Position numbers and translations under genes: made by a program. Positions 1 through 12,837 of a DNA stretch of 64,000 nt are shown here, piece by piece. The stretch comes from an uncultured Gemmatimonadaceae bacterium. GTDB taxonomy: Bacteria > Gemmatimonadota > Gemmatimonadetes > Gemmatimonadales > Gemmatimonadaceae. Within the stretch, counting starts at the first letter, position 1; each line of letters starts with the position of its first letter. The stretch lies in the NCBI GenBank assembly GCA_963829055.1, contig CAWHHI010000011.1:352001-416000 (forward strand), in the 5' to 3' direction. The notes under the pieces were generated by a model that worked only from the letters and a program-made list of their open reading frames with translations, made no database searches and was not told the DNA's origin.

Positions 1-34
1 GCTCGCTCGGAATGACAAGCCGCTCGGAATGACA
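1..34. repeat. REP-like element half-sites, CGCTCGGAATGACA x2
   Basis: Same arm as the GTCAT(T/C)CCGAGCG...CGCTCGG(A/G)ATGAC elements at 17837-18096, ~21392-21420 and 52423-52502. Confidence 0.7.
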
Positions 35-44
35 GCACGGCCTG

Positions 45-976
45 TCAGTCTCGGCTCACCGTCCGCGCAGGCCGCTCGTTCACCGTGAGCTGAAAGACGT
101 CGGGCCGGGCGTAGTGGCCGACGACGTCGAGGTCGAGCTTGCCGCGGACGATGTCGTCGAGGTCGATGTCGGCCGTGAGGATGGCTTCCTCGTCGTAGAC
201 AGGACCAGCGATCAGCGCGCCTAACGGGTTCACGATGCAGCTGCCGCCGGCGTCACGATCGCGCCCGGATCGCTCGGTGAGCTCGCCGGGATAGTCGGTC
301 GGATAGTCACTGCGTCGAGCGAACTGGTTGCTGCTCAGCACGAAACAGCGCCCTTCGACGCGCGATGTGCTGCATGCTCGCCACCCAACTCGCGCGGCTG
401 TCGGCCGTCGGCGCGAGATAGAGTTGCACGCCCTTGGCGTACAACGCCGTGCGGTAGAGCGGCATGTAATTCTCCCAGCAGATCGCCGCGCCGATCCTCC
501 CGACGTCCGTATCGAACACGGGCATGGTGCTGCCGTCGCCCTGCCCCCAGACGAGCCGCTCGCTCGCGGTCGGCATCGAGCTTGCGATGTTTCCCGAGGT
601 AGTCGCCGTTAGGCGCGAAGAAGAGCACCGTGCAGTAGAGTGTCCCGCCCTCCCGTTCGATGACGCCGATGACGAGGTGTGTCTCGCTCTCGCGGGCAAT
701 GTCCGCGAGTACGTCGACCGTGGGGCCAGGGACGTCCACGCTCGACTCCCAGTACCGGCGGTACCACTCGCGTCCTTCGGCCGTGCGATTCCCGATGACG
801 GCGCCGAACGTCATGCCGCGCGGATACGCGCTGACGAACGCTTCCGGGAACACGACAAGCCTGGCGCCCTTCCCCGCGGCATCGTGCGTGAGTGATCGCA
901 CCTTGGAGAGCGTGCACTCGCGATCGAAAGCGACGGGCGCTGCCTGCACGACAGCGACGCGGACGGTAGTCGTCAT
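45..976 (-). CDS. Nitrilase (carbon-nitrogen hydrolase family), split by 2 frameshifts
   Basis: Catalytic triad motifs FPEA, HRKL/MPT and ICWENY across ORFs 335-1036, 307-699 and 45-341; C-terminal [10 protein letters not shown]. Confidence 0.9.
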
Positions 977-1054
977 TGACGGGTCTCGATGAGCAAGTCG
1001 GCTTCGCGACGGGCACTGGGGCGGGGTGCGGTACAAGAAAACCCGATCATCGCT

Positions 1055-1513
1055 TCACCTGACGAGTTGCACGACGGTCGATCCGACGCGGTCCCGCAGG
1101 CTCGCGGAGTACTCGGTCTGCTCTCTTCGCTTCACGCTGTCCGGTTGCAGGCGAACGCCGGCAGCCGTGAGTGCATCGCCAAGCGCGCGGAGCTGCGTCG
1201 AGTCGCGTAGCATGAAAACGCGCATGTGCGTCCACGGCACGGTCGTGTCGGACGCCATATAGGTCGTCACCGACAGGAATGCGCCGGCGCGTCGAGCCTC
1301 GTTATCGATGGGCTCCGCGTGCTCGCGGATGTAGCGCGTGTACTCCTCGAGCTTTCCGGGCTTTGCGCGCCAGAAGTAGATCTGCGCCAGCGTGGTCGTG
1401 CTATCCGCGCGGTCCGCGACGACGGCAGGGTTGTACGCTTGCGGGCCGCCCGCCGTCGCGCAACCGAGCAACACAGACGCCAGCAGGAACGCCGTGCGGC
1501 GTGGGCAAACCAT
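1055..1513 (-). CDS. Putative lipoprotein, NIPSNAP/dimeric alpha-beta-barrel-like
   Basis: Lipobox LLGC; YFWRAKPGKLEEY pattern. Confidence 0.55.
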   Translation of the reverse strand: MVCPRRTAFLLASVLLGCATAGGPQAYNPAVVADRADSTTTLAQIYFWRAKPGKLEEYTRYIREHAEPIDNEARRAGAFLSVTTYMASDTTVPWTHMRVFMLRDSTQLRALGDALTAAGVRLQPDSVKRREQTEYSASLRDRVGSTVVQLVR

Positions 1514-1773
1514 GGATTCCTCCGAGATCGTGGTCGACCCGACGAGAATGCCGGCGACCGCGACCGAGCGCCAGACCCTCCGCGTACCGATCGCGACCCG
1601 GACTGAGAGGTTTACCGCAGCTGCCTAACGGCCACCACAATGGGCGCGACGGGGTAGCACCGTGATGAACCTGTGACGTCCTGCCGTGACTTCGCACGTC
1701 ACTGCCGCCCGACTCGTGGGCAGCGCGGATGACGGAACTCGTGGGTCTGGGCGGGTCCGCTAGGCCACGCGTC

Positions 1774-2751
1774 TCATCGAGCAACGGCTGAACGAAGCGT
1801 GGCGGTCGAGGCATGGAGTGCCGCCTGAGTCGTAGCGGCAAGCATGCGGTATGCGCACGTAGGCCGTAATTCGCCTCTCCCCAATGCAGTACGTTGCGTC
1901 ATTGCCAGCACAGCGGTGCTGGCGGAGGACAACTCGCTCCCTCCGATCGACGTACAGGACGGCACCTTGCTTGGCAGCTTCACATCGGAAATGAACGCGC
2001 TCTGCTCGAGGAGGGCGCGATCGGCCGTCGTTAGGTATGTGTTGGGGTACGTCGTGTAGCCGAACCACATGAGCGCGTACGTGGGGCAGTCGGGTGACCC
2101 CGCCTCGCACGCCGCTGGATGTGGAAGTCCGAGCGCATGGCCAAGCTCATGTCCGAGCCCGCCCACCCATCGGCAGGGTCCCTGATACGCCTCCACCGCG
2201 CCCGTGCAGGTGTTGATCGTCGGCTCGCCTGCGAGGCCGCGAAGGTCGTTGGCGGGAAGCAGAGCGACGCTCGCTGCACCGCCCGTCGCCTGCCCGCATG
2301 CCGGCGCGGCGTCGATGTAGAAGATCCATATGTCGTCCGGGTCGTAAAAGCTCCCACCAGTCAACGCGAAGCCGTCGGCTGTTGCATTGAACCAAAACCA
2401 GAGCGACTGGTCCGTGCCCACCACTGGAGTCGTCGCGTACCAGCTCGCCTCGTGCTCTGTTTGATAAACTGCGACGGTGGGGCTCGCCAAGGTGAACGTC
2501 TCGCCAGTTCCTAGCGCCGTGCTGTACCACGCCTGGAGGTTCACGGCGGCATCGCGAAGGTTTTGAACATAGTCGCCCTGCACCCGGACGCCGGCCGGGA
2601 CCAGGTAGACGATATGTACCTTGGGCGTACTCGTGCGAGTCTTCTCTCCGACCGGCCGCAATGCAGTACTGGAGGTCGTCGGTCCTGTAGCTTGGTCGGA
2701 ACACCCGAAGAGGGCGACGGCGAGCGCGGCACCACAAGCGGACTTGCGCAT
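1774..2751 (-). CDS. Secreted zinc metalloprotease lipoprotein (metzincin-like)
   Basis: Lipobox LFGC; HELGHALGLPH matches HExxHxxGxxH; downstream Met-turn ALM. Confidence 0.8.
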   Translation of the reverse strand: MRKSACGAALAVALFGCSDQATGPTTSSTALRPVGEKTRTSTPKVHIVYLVPAGVRVQGDYVQNLRDAAVNLQAWYSTALGTGETFTLASPTVAVYQTEHEASWYATTPVVGTDQSLWFWFNATADGFALTGGSFYDPDDIWIFYIDAAPACGQATGGAASVALLPANDLRGLAGEPTINTCTGAVEAYQGPCRWVGGLGHELGHALGLPHPAACEAGSPDCPTYALMWFGYTTYPNTYLTTADRALLEQSAFISDVKLPSKVPSCTSIGGSELSSASTAVLAMTQRTALGRGELRPTCAYRMLAATTQAALHASTATLRSAVAR

Positions 2752-3031
2752 ACGGAGCTCACGATTAGGGGCCGCTAATATAAAATGCCGACCCGATACG
2801 ACAAGAGCTAGGCGAACGCCAGTACTCGTTAGGGTATGAAGACGTGCTCCCGCGTTCCCAACGACGAGCGCTTCCAGGCATTGCCGACGCTCGGTTGGCT
2901 CGCCGTCCAAGATTCTGTTCACTTACAATTCGATGCAACGATCGGGTAGGCGAGCCCGTGCGCGCACGCGTCGTCCCGACGACGCGGATTCATCCGACGT
3001 CGATGCCCGAGCGAGTTACGAAGGTGGAGCT

Positions 3032-5813
3032 ATGAAGAAGCGAACGAGAATCATTGCCATCATCGGGACGGTACTCATCGTCCCGCTCGTTGCCCTCGCC
3101 ATTCTGCCGTTCGTCTTCCGCGACCGGATCATCGCGCGCGTGAAGGCCGAGGCGAATTCAGCGATCGAAGCGCGCGTGAATTGGCGGGACGCAGGGCCTG
3201 TCCATCTTCCGTGACTTCCCGAATCTGACGCTGCGACTCGACGATCTCAGCGTCGCGGGAACGCGGCGTTTCGCCGGAGACACGCTCGCCAAAGTGGGGC
3301 GGCTTCAAGTAGTCCTCGATCTCGGCAGCGTGCTGCGGAACGCCCGAGGTGGCGGGCCGATCGTCGTGCGCTCCATCGCGCTCGAACGACCGGTGCTCGC
3401 GCTCCGGGTGCTCGAGGATGGCACCGCGAACTGGGACATTACGAAACCGACGACCGGTGAACAGAAAGCCTCTCGTCCGCTCGCGGTCACCCTCCGCAGC
3501 CTCGACATCAGCAACGCAACGGTCTCGCTAAGCGATCAGAAGGCAGAGCTGTTCGCGACGGTGAACGGCTACCGCCAATCACTCTCCGGCGACTTCGCGA
3601 AGGATCTGTTCACCATCGTGACGCGTGCGCACGCCGATTCGGTGTCGCTCCGCTTCGCCGGGATCCCATACCTCAACCGTGTCGCCCTCGATGTGACCGC
3701 GGACGTCGCTGCGGATATGCGGACGAAGAAGTTCACGTTTGGGAAGAACGAGGTTCGACTCAACGACCTGCGGCTCGGCTTCTCGGGTTCCACGGTTCTC
3801 GCCGATGACCGCACCACGCTGGACATGGCGTTCAGCGCACCAAGCACGAACTTCCGCAGCATTCTGTCGCTGGTGCCGGCGATCTACCTGCACGATTTCC
3901 AGACAATAAAGACGTCCGGCGCCGTCGCGGTCTCCGGTAACATTAAGGGTGACTACGGGAAGCAGGCGTTCCCCTCGTTCGCGGTGAACGCGAAGGTCAC
4001 GAACGGTGCGTTCCAGTATCCCGACCTTCCGCTCCCGGCGCGCGACATCGCCCTCGAGCTCGCGATCCGAAATCCCGGCGGCAACGTGGACAGCACGCTG
4101 GTGCAGCTCGACCGCTTCCACGCGAGGATCGGGAGCCAGCCCATCGATGGCGCGCTCGTGCTCAGGACGCCAGTCTCCGATCCGGATGTCGATCTCCGCC
4201 TAACGGGGAAGCTCGACCTCGCAGACGTGCGCAAGACAGTGAAGCTCACCGGCGTCGACGAGCTCACCGGACAGATCGGCGCCGACGTCGCCGTGCGAAC
4301 CCGCATGTCGTACGTCGACCGCAAGCAGTATGACCGGATCGCGGCGCGCGGCACCATTGACGTTCGCAATCTCGCGCTCAAGAGTGCGGACCTGCCGCAT
4401 CCGCTTGCCATCACGCAGGCGTCACTCCAGCTCACTCCACAGCGCGCGGAGCTCAAGTCATTCGCCGGCACGATCGGCAGCAGCGACATGCGGCTGTCCG
4501 GCTATCTCGAGAACCTGCTCCCGTTCGCGCTGCGCGGCGACCCGCTGCGCGGCAGCGCCACGTTCGCCAGTCAACACTTCGACCTCAACGAATGGCAGTC
4601 GGACGACAGCCTGAAGGTCATCGAGGTGCCGGCGAACATCGACTTCGCGCTTCAGGCGACGGTCGCGGAGCTGTTGTACGGCAAGCTCACAATGACGAAC
4701 GCGCGCGGCGGGCTCCGCGTGAAGGACCAGCGGGCCACGCTGGAGAATTTCTCGATGAACACGCTCGGCGGACAGATCGGCGTGAGCGGCTTCTATGAGA
4801 CCACCGATGTGACGAAGCCGAAGTTCGATGTCGACCTCGCGATGAAGGAGGTAGACATTCCGACCGCGGCGGCGAGCCTGACGACTGTCCAGTTGTTGGC
4901 GCCAGTAGCTCGCTTCGCACGCGGCAACGTCTCGACCGATCTCAAACTGAGCGGCTTGCTCGGCAAGGACATGCTGCCGCTGTTCAACGTGCTGGATGGC
5001 CGGGGCTCGCTCCGAACATCCGAGCTGATGATTCAAGGGCTGCCGATTCTGATCAAAGTGGCCGACGCGCTCAAAATCGAACGACTGCGAAGCCCGACGC
5101 TCGATGCCGTGCGAGCCTCCATACGGATCCAGAACGGTCGGCTGAACGTGAATCCGTTCGACGTGAAGATCGGCCAGTCCTCGATGCGAGTAGAAGGGTC
5201 GAACGGCATCGATCAGTCGCTCGACTACACCCTGCACCTTCGCGTTCCCCGGTCCGAGCTTGGAGCGGACGCGAACCGAGTCGTCGCGGGCCTCATCTCG
5301 CGGGCGGGCAAGACCGGGCTGGATCTACAGGCGGCCGAAGTCGTCAATCTCGACGTCAAGGTCGGCGGTACCCTAACGAGTCCCACGATCCAGACGAACC
5401 TCGGTGACGTCGTGGCATCGGCCGGCGAGAGCGTAAAGCAGGCGGCGCAGAAGGAGATCGCCGAGCGGGTGGATTCCCTGAAGCAGCGCGCCGACTCGGC
5501 TACGGACGAGGCGCGAAAGAAAGCGCAGGCGGAGGCCGAACGTCTGATCGCCGACGCAGAGCAGCAGGCCGCGCAAATCCGCGCCGAGGCGCAACGTGTT
5601 GCAGACGGCGTTAGGCGCGAGGCGGCCGCGAGGGCGGACACGCTCGTCGCGCGAACAACGAACCCGCTCGCGCAAGCCGCTGCCCGTGTCGCGGCCACCC
5701 GAATGAAGAAGGAAGCCAACGATAGGGCGGACGGGATCCTCCGAGAGGCCGACAAGAAGGCCGCCGACCTCGTCGCCGAGGCGAGGAGGAAGGCGGCCAG
5801 CATCAGCGGGTAG
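3032..5813 (+). CDS. AsmA family protein, frameshift near 3200
   Basis: N-terminal TM helix, long beta-rich body, coiled-coil tail; ORFs 2933-3214 and 3294-5813. Confidence 0.8.
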
Positions 5814-5851
5814 ACGTCGCGTTCGTTCTCGCGTTAGGCCGATGCGAAACG

Positions 5852-6289
5852 CTACGTCGCGCTCGCGCAGTTGAACATCCACCGGATCCCGAACTTGTCG
5901 ACGAGGATACCGAAGTACGCGCCCCAGAACATCGCCTGGAGGGGCATGTCGACCTTCCCACCCTTGGCGAGCGCGGCGAACAGCGTATCCGTCTCCGCGC
6001 GCGTGTCCGGCTCGAGGTTGATCGTGACCGTGTTCCCCTCTGTCAGCGTGAAGCCCATCGACTCGGGGGCATCGGTGCCCATCAGCACGTGGCCGGCCAG
6101 GATCGGCAGCTCGATGTGCATCACGAGGTTCTTATCTGATTCCGCCAGCGGCGGCTGACCAGGTTGCGCCGGGATGTCGCCGAACCGCATGATCGGGCCG
6201 CCGAACTCGGTGCCGAACACCGAGCGGTAGAAATTGAATGCGTCCTCGGTGGAGCGTGCGAAGTTGAGGTAGGTGCTGACGCGGGCCAT
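5852..6289 (-). CDS. VOC/PhnB-like glyoxalase family protein
   Basis: STYLNF...FYRSVFG, MFWGAYFG, DKFGIRWM. Confidence 0.9.
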   Translation of the reverse strand: MARVSTYLNFARSTEDAFNFYRSVFGTEFGGPIMRFGDIPAQPGQPPLAESDKNLVMHIELPILAGHVLMGTDAPESMGFTLTEGNTVTINLEPDTRAETDTLFAALAKGGKVDMPLQAMFWGAYFGILVDKFGIRWMFNCASAT

Positions 6290-6392
6290 GTGTGCCTCGA
6301 TGTATGTCGGTTTTGCCGGGAAGCTCCCGGGCGCAGTCGCGTGTCTTCACAGACGTCGAGTGAGCCGGCGTACAATCGACATGCACGCAGCA

Positions 6393-6854
6393 CTATGGCT
6401 CGTCGCCGCTCGGCCCGTAAATCTGGGGAACGGTCGATCCCATTGGCCGCAGGTACGTCGAGATCTGGCCGCGGTGATGAACGATGTCGAACAGGAAGCT
6501 CCACGCCATCTGTGAGGCAGACCGCTGGTGGCCGAAGAACTCGAGCGTGCCGTCCCATCGCTCGACGGGGAGTGCGTTCCAGCGCTCCGTCATTCCGGCG
6601 CTCTGCGTCTCGTAGGCACTGACGATTTCCTTCATCGTCGCCGGCACTGGCGGCGGGTCCCACGCAGCCTTCCCGGTCTCGAGCGCCTCGATGATCATCT
6701 TCTCCTCGCAGAAGATCTGCCACGCGATGTCGCGCGCCGTGCGCGACTTCGGGTCGGGGCGGTAGTCCGAGCCCTCCGGAATTCTCGCGAGCACCTTGCG
6801 GGTCGTGAGCGCCTCGTCCGTCCAGAACTTCGTGAAGAGTGATTTCTCGTCCAC
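6393..6854 (-). CDS. DinB family protein
   Basis: YRPDPKSRTA and HHRGQISTYLR motifs. Confidence 0.85.
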   Translation of the reverse strand: MDEKSLFTKFWTDEALTTRKVLARIPEGSDYRPDPKSRTARDIAWQIFCEEKMIIEALETGKAAWDPPPVPATMKEIVSAYETQSAGMTERWNALPVERWDGTLEFFGHQRSASQMAWSFLFDIVHHRGQISTYLRPMGSTVPQIYGPSGDEP

Positions 6855-6908
6855 GGGTTCTCCTCTCGAGAAGGTTGGATGCGGAACATACTCTGCCCGC
6901 GCCGAGCC

Positions 6909-7838
6909 TCACCCCAATGCCAGCGACTGGTGCGCGGAGATCCCGGCCGTCACTCCGTCCGCGGACGCCCACGTCGCGTTGTGCGGTACACGCGCGGCGT
7001 CTCCGGCGGCATACACGCCAGGTACCGTTGTCAACTTCATCGCGTCCGTGCGGATCACTGGACCGAACGGACCGTCGTCGAACTCACAGCCGAGCTGCTC
7101 GGCAAGCGGACTCGCCATGCGCGTTCGCGAGGCGGTGAAGAGCGCGTCCAGGCCAACGAGCTGATCGCCGTCCGCGCCAGTCACACGGACGCCGGCGAGC
7201 GTTAGGCCATCTCCCATGACAGCGGTAACCGGCCGCGCGTCGATGCGTACACCGCGAGCCGCGAGCGCATCCAGTTGCGCCGCGTCGAGGTCGAAGGTGC
7301 CACCCGTAAACAACGTGACGTCCGCGCTCCAGTCAGGGAGCAACAGGGCCTGACGGATGCTGTGCTCCGATACGGCGAGCACACCGAGCCGTCCATCGGA
7401 CACCTCGTAGCCATGGCAGTACGGGCAATGGAGGACGCTCCTCCCCCAACGCTCACGAAGCCCCGGGATGTCGGGCAGGTCATCGATAATGCCAGTCGCG
7501 AGCACGAGCCGCTTCGCGCGCGCGGTCCTGCCCGATGCAAGCGCGACGTCGAACAGGGCGTTAGGCGTCGCCGCAATCGCCGACGCCTGCATGGCTTCGT
7601 CGGCTCGAAACTCGACCGTCGGGTAGGCGAGGACCTGCGCACGGGCGGTTTCCAGGATCTCCGCCGGCGTGCGCCCATCCTGTCCGAGAAAGCCATGGGA
7701 CGCATGCGCGAACCGGTTGCGCGGCAACCCGGCGTCGACGACGAGGACCCGCCGGCGCGCCCGGCCCAACTGCATCGCGGCCGAGAGTCCGGCGAAGCTC
7801 CCACCGACTACAACGGCTTCGTATGTGTCACTCGGCAT
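6909..7838 (-). CDS. NAD(P)/FAD-dependent oxidoreductase, thioredoxin-reductase-like
   Basis: VVGGSFAGLSAA, LATG, HCPYCHG, VYAAGD. Confidence 0.9.
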   Translation of the reverse strand: MPSDTYEAVVVGGSFAGLSAAMQLGRARRRVLVVDAGLPRNRFAHASHGFLGQDGRTPAEILETARAQVLAYPTVEFRADEAMQASAIAATPNALFDVALASGRTARAKRLVLATGIIDDLPDIPGLRERWGRSVLHCPYCHGYEVSDGRLGVLAVSEHSIRQALLLPDWSADVTLFTGGTFDLDAAQLDALAARGVRIDARPVTAVMGDGLTLAGVRVTGADGDQLVGLDALFTASRTRMASPLAEQLGCEFDDGPFGPVIRTDAMKLTTVPGVYAAGDAARVPHNATWASADGVTAGISAHQSLALG

Positions 7839-7907
7839 ATGAAGGGTTTGGCGAGGCTTTTTCGATCTCCATGATGGTCGCTCTCACACCGCTCACCCAC
7901 GCATCCA

Positions 7908-8522
7908 ATGACACACTCGTCTTTTCGTGCCCTCCGTGCAACTGTCGCCCTTGCTCTCCCCTTGCTCGTCGGGTGCGACGCGTCGGCTGCTGACAATCCG
8001 AGCGGTCCGCCAACCGTTCGATCAGTGGCGTCGTCAGGCGAGCCGAGCGCAGCGCGCAACGGCGTGGTGTCTCCGCAGCAGCAGGACGTCATCGACGCGC
8101 TCGAGGCGTACGAGACAGCCATCGTCGCCTCGGACACCGTCACGCTGAAGCAGATCTGGTCCGAGGACTACACGTTCATCAATCCGCAGGGCGGTCTGGT
8201 GACTCGCGCCGAGCGCCTGGCCAATCTCGCGTCCGGCGCGACGAACGTCGTCGAGGGCGTGAACCAGCGCGAAATCGTGGTCCCGCCGTACACGCTGCTC
8301 CTCCAGCCCGCGATGCGTGGAGGCACGCGGGTACGCGAGCCGCAGCCGCTGTCAGCTGCGCGCGATCGGGTGCAAAGCGAGCTGACAGCGTTCCACGCGG
8401 GAATCAAGCGGCTCGTGAACCCTCACCGGTATCCGGTCGGACTCGAGCGCGGGCTCCATGAGCGGAGAACCGCGCTGGTGTTGGCAGCGCGCGGCGAGGT
8501 GTCCGAACCGGACGGGCCGTAG
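7908..8522 (+). CDS. Chimeric ORF: lipoprotein with partial DUF4440/NTF2 domain fused to a nicotinate phosphoribosyltransferase-like C-terminus
   Basis: Lipobox [24 protein letters not shown] (DUF4440-like); after ~8280, [19 protein letters not shown] resembles the PncB C-terminus. Confidence 0.6.
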   Translation: MTHSSFRALRATVALALPLLVGCDASAADNPSGPPTVRSVASSGEPSAARNGVVSPQQQDVIDALEAYETAIVASDTVTLKQIWSEDYTFINPQGGLVTRAERLANLASGATNVVEGVNQREIVVPPYTLLLQPAMRGGTRVREPQPLSAARDRVQSELTAFHAGIKRLVNPHRYPVGLERGLHERRTALVLAARGEVSEPDGP

Positions 8523-8546
8523 CGAGCGAGAACGCTACCGGCCCCG

Positions 8547-10242
<1,696 letters not shown>

Positions 10243-10247
10243 GTTCT

Positions 10248-10279
10248 GGGGACTGGGGATTCGGGACTGGGGACTCGGC
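10248..10279. repeat. Heptamer tandem repeat (GGGACTG/GGGATTC type)
   Basis: gggactggggattcgggactggggactcgg directly upstream of the ettA start. Confidence 0.6.
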
Positions 10280-10401
10280 CGACCGCGACCGGGGGCCCTG
10301 GCGGGAGCGGAAATGTAAGCGCCGAGGGTGGGCAGTCCCTAGCCCCGCACCTGCGGACCGGTGACCCGTATTGGCTGAAGACGCTTACGTATGGAGGCGC
10401 C

Positions 10402-10881
10402 ATGAGCGCGATTCGACGCTGTATCGTCCTGTCATTCCTGCCCGTGCTGTTGCTGGCCTGCACTCGCCGTCCTGCGGCGGACCACGCGGCCGTGACGGAC
10501 ACCGTGCGTCCGGATGCCTCGGTCTCTGCTCCGGAGCTCATCAACACGTACTGGAAGCTCACGTCGCTCGCGGACACGCCGGTCACCGCCACCGACAACA
10601 AGAGCGAGCCGCACATGGTCCTCAAGCCGGACCCGAAACAGGTAAACGGCTCGGGTGGATGCAACCGATTCTTCGGCAGCTACCAGACGAGTGGCAACGC
10701 GCTCTCGTTCGCCGGCATCGGATCGACGAGGATGGCTTGCCCGAGCGGCATGGATACCGAAGGGGCGTTCCTCTCGGCACTGGGTCGAGCCGCGACCTGG
10801 CGCGTCAGCGGCCAACAGCTCGAGCTGAGCGACTCTACGGGCGCGGTGCTGGCGCGGTTCGAGGCCCGGGCGACGAAGTAG
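10402..10881 (+). CDS. META domain (HslJ-like) lipoprotein
   Basis: Lipobox LLAC; GSGGCNRFFGSY; STRMAC. Confidence 0.88.
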   Translation: MSAIRRCIVLSFLPVLLLACTRRPAADHAAVTDTVRPDASVSAPELINTYWKLTSLADTPVTATDNKSEPHMVLKPDPKQVNGSGGCNRFFGSYQTSGNALSFAGIGSTRMACPSGMDTEGAFLSALGRAATWRVSGQQLELSDSTGAVLARFEARATK

Positions 10882-10903
10882 CCGGTCGTTGATAGGGTCC
10901 GGC

Positions 10904-11519
10904 TCACGGCTTCTTCTTCGGCGGCGGCTTGACCCGGCCCTTCGCGTCGAGGTTCTCGAAGCCGCCTCGGATCTTTCGCACGTAGCCCAGTGTCTCGCGG
11001 TACCGCCAGCGCGGCACGTTAGGCGCGACGGTCTCCACGCTGCTCCACGCACGCCGGTCGAGGGAGTGTTGCGACACAGGCGCGCTGCGCGTTCATGATC
11101 GTCCCCTCGCCGGCGTTGTAGCTCGCGAACATGAACTCCTTGCGATCGACGTCGATGGAGTCGCGCTCCCAACGGCGCCACAATCCACGGTCGTGCATGA
11201 TACCGGCCGCAATGTTCCACTCCGGGTCGTCGATGGATCCAAACGTGGACGACCGCGACGTGATTTCCTTGTACGTGGACGGCATGAGTTGCATGAGGCC
11301 ACGCGCGCCAACCCAGCTGCGCGCGTTAGGGTTCATCTCGCTCTCGGCCATCGCCTGCGCCTTGAACAGGCGCCAATCGTACCCGACGCCGAAATACCGC
11401 TTGCTGTACTTGCGGAACGTGTCGTCGTACCGGTCGGCGTCGCGCTTCGTCTGCGCGACGACAGGCGTGGGAGGAATGGCACACAGCACGACAAGGCCGG
11501 CGACGAGACGATGGATCAA
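10904..11519 (-). CDS. Lytic transglycosylase (SLT/MltF-like catalytic domain), frameshifted near C-terminus
   Basis: AQAMAESEMNPNARSWVGARGLMQLMP, ASYNAG, ETLGYV. Confidence 0.88.
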
Positions 11520-11719
11520 TTCAGCGCCCCGCCGATGATGATCGCGACGCCGAGGAACAGTGCGGCGATGAAGATCGCGACGGCGACGTTGCCGTTCTTG
11601 AGCTCCGCCTGGAAGTCGACAGATGGCGTGAGGAGGTCGATCAGGCGATACGCACCGAACATCAGCACAACGCCAAGACCGGCATACAGGAAATTCAGGC
11701 CGATGACACGCCATTCCAT
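11516..11719 (-). CDS. DUF350 family small membrane protein
   Basis: Two TM helices; ELKNGNVAVAI motif. Confidence 0.8.
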   Translation of the reverse strand: MEWRVIGLNFLYAGLGVVLMFGAYRLIDLLTPSVDFQAELKNGNVAVAIFIAALFLGVAIIIGGALN

Positions 11720-11824
11720 GCTGCGGCTCCGAGCTACGGGGTAAGGACAACGCCGTCGGCCATCGGCTATCAGCGACCCGCTGCTACCAGCTGGTCGCCG
11801 TGGCCAGGAGATGACGACTGACGC

Positions 11825-12616
11825 CTAATGATGGTCGCCCCAGACGTCGGTATCAAACACGTTGGCGTGCACCATCCAGTTGAAGACCACCGGCAGGAAG
11901 CGGCCGTTCACGGCATCGCAGGCGTCCTGGGTCGCGACAGGGCTCATCGGCCCGAACACCGGCTTCCCGTCGCTGACCTCGAGCCATCGTACCTGCTGCG
12001 TGAGTCGCGGGACACACATGTTCGTGTGGAGGTGCCACCGGGCAATCCCGAGGGGAACGCGTGCGTCGAGCTCCTCGGGCGACGCATCCTTGGGCGCCGT
12101 GTACATCGCGCCGACGAGGCTGAACGATCCGTCCGCGTGCTTCCGGTAGAGCAGCGAGGATGGCCTCGCGACGTCGAAGACGAAATGCTCGCGAACGGCT
12201 GCGCCGCAGGCTCGTGAAGTGGTACACGTCCTGGGGCACGTTAGGCGCGAACATGCGGTACCCCTCGCGCTCGGCGACGTGCACGTCCTTGTACTTCTGC
12301 GAGCGCGGCGCGGGCGTCGACGACGATCTGCGCGGCGCGGGCGGAGTCCGCGGCGCTCGCCGCGCGCTCGGGCGACATGCGCATGTGCGGATTCGCCTTC
12401 ATCACGCCGCTCATCGCGTCGTTGACGGCGTGGCCCGGATCGGAGGCGTCCGCGCCTCTGGTCGGTGTCCGCGACCCCGACGTTGGCGACGGCGTAGATG
12501 TGTGGCGATGCTCGCCGGATTGCCCGGCCGCCGTTCCGGACGTGAGAACGGCGGAAAGCATGACGACAGCGAGGCACTCGATCGAGCGCCGGCAGAACGG
12601 GGCCATTGACGCTCCC
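11825..12616 (-). CDS. Secreted His-rich hypothetical protein, frameshifted
   Basis: Signal peptide; GAMYTAP, WHLHTNMC and WMVHAN across overlapping ORFs. Confidence 0.6.
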   Translation of the reverse strand, partial: GSVNGPVLPALDRVPRCRHAFRRSHVRNGGRAIRRASPHIYAVANVGVADTDQRRGRLRSGPRRQRRDERRDEGESAHAHVARARGERRGLRPRRADRRRRPRRARRSTRTCTSPSARGTACSRLTCPRTCTTSRACGAAVREHFVFDVARPSSLLYRKHADGSFSLVGAMYTAPKDASPEELDARVPLGIARWHLHTNMCVPRLTQQVRWLEVSDGKPVFGPMSPVATQDACDAVNGRFLPVVFNWMVHANVFDTDVWGDHH

Positions 12617-12691
12617 ATGCAGGATCTGGAATCACTACCCGCCCGGCCTGCGATCTGTTTCGGGCAGAATGTCGGTGACGGATATCCAGCG

Positions 12692-12722
12692 GCCATCAGC
12701 CATCAGCCATCGGCCATCAGCT
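12692..12722. repeat. Heptamer tandem repeat (GCCATCA) x4
   Basis: gccatcagccatcagccatcggccatcagc. Confidence 0.75.
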
Positions 12723-12761
12723 AAAAACGACTAGCACCAGCGCGAGCGAGCAGCCACGGTT

Positions 12762-12837
12762 CCCCAGTCCCAGTCCCGATTCCCGATTCCCGATTCCCGA
12801 TCTCCCGATTCCCGATTCCCGATTCCCGATTCCCGAT
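12762..12837. repeat. Heptamer tandem repeat (TTCCCGA), about 9 copies
   Basis: cccagtcccagtcccgattcccgattcccgattcccga... abutting the CHRD gene stop codon. Confidence 0.9.

Noticed and set aside
10904..11719. SLT plus small membrane protein as a prophage lysis cassette
   Set aside because: No phage genes nearby; the SLT has its own signal peptide and the membrane protein fits DUF350.
12762..12837. Tandem repeat as CRISPR or telomere-like sequence
   Set aside because: It is a simple 7-bp tandem repeat with no spacers.
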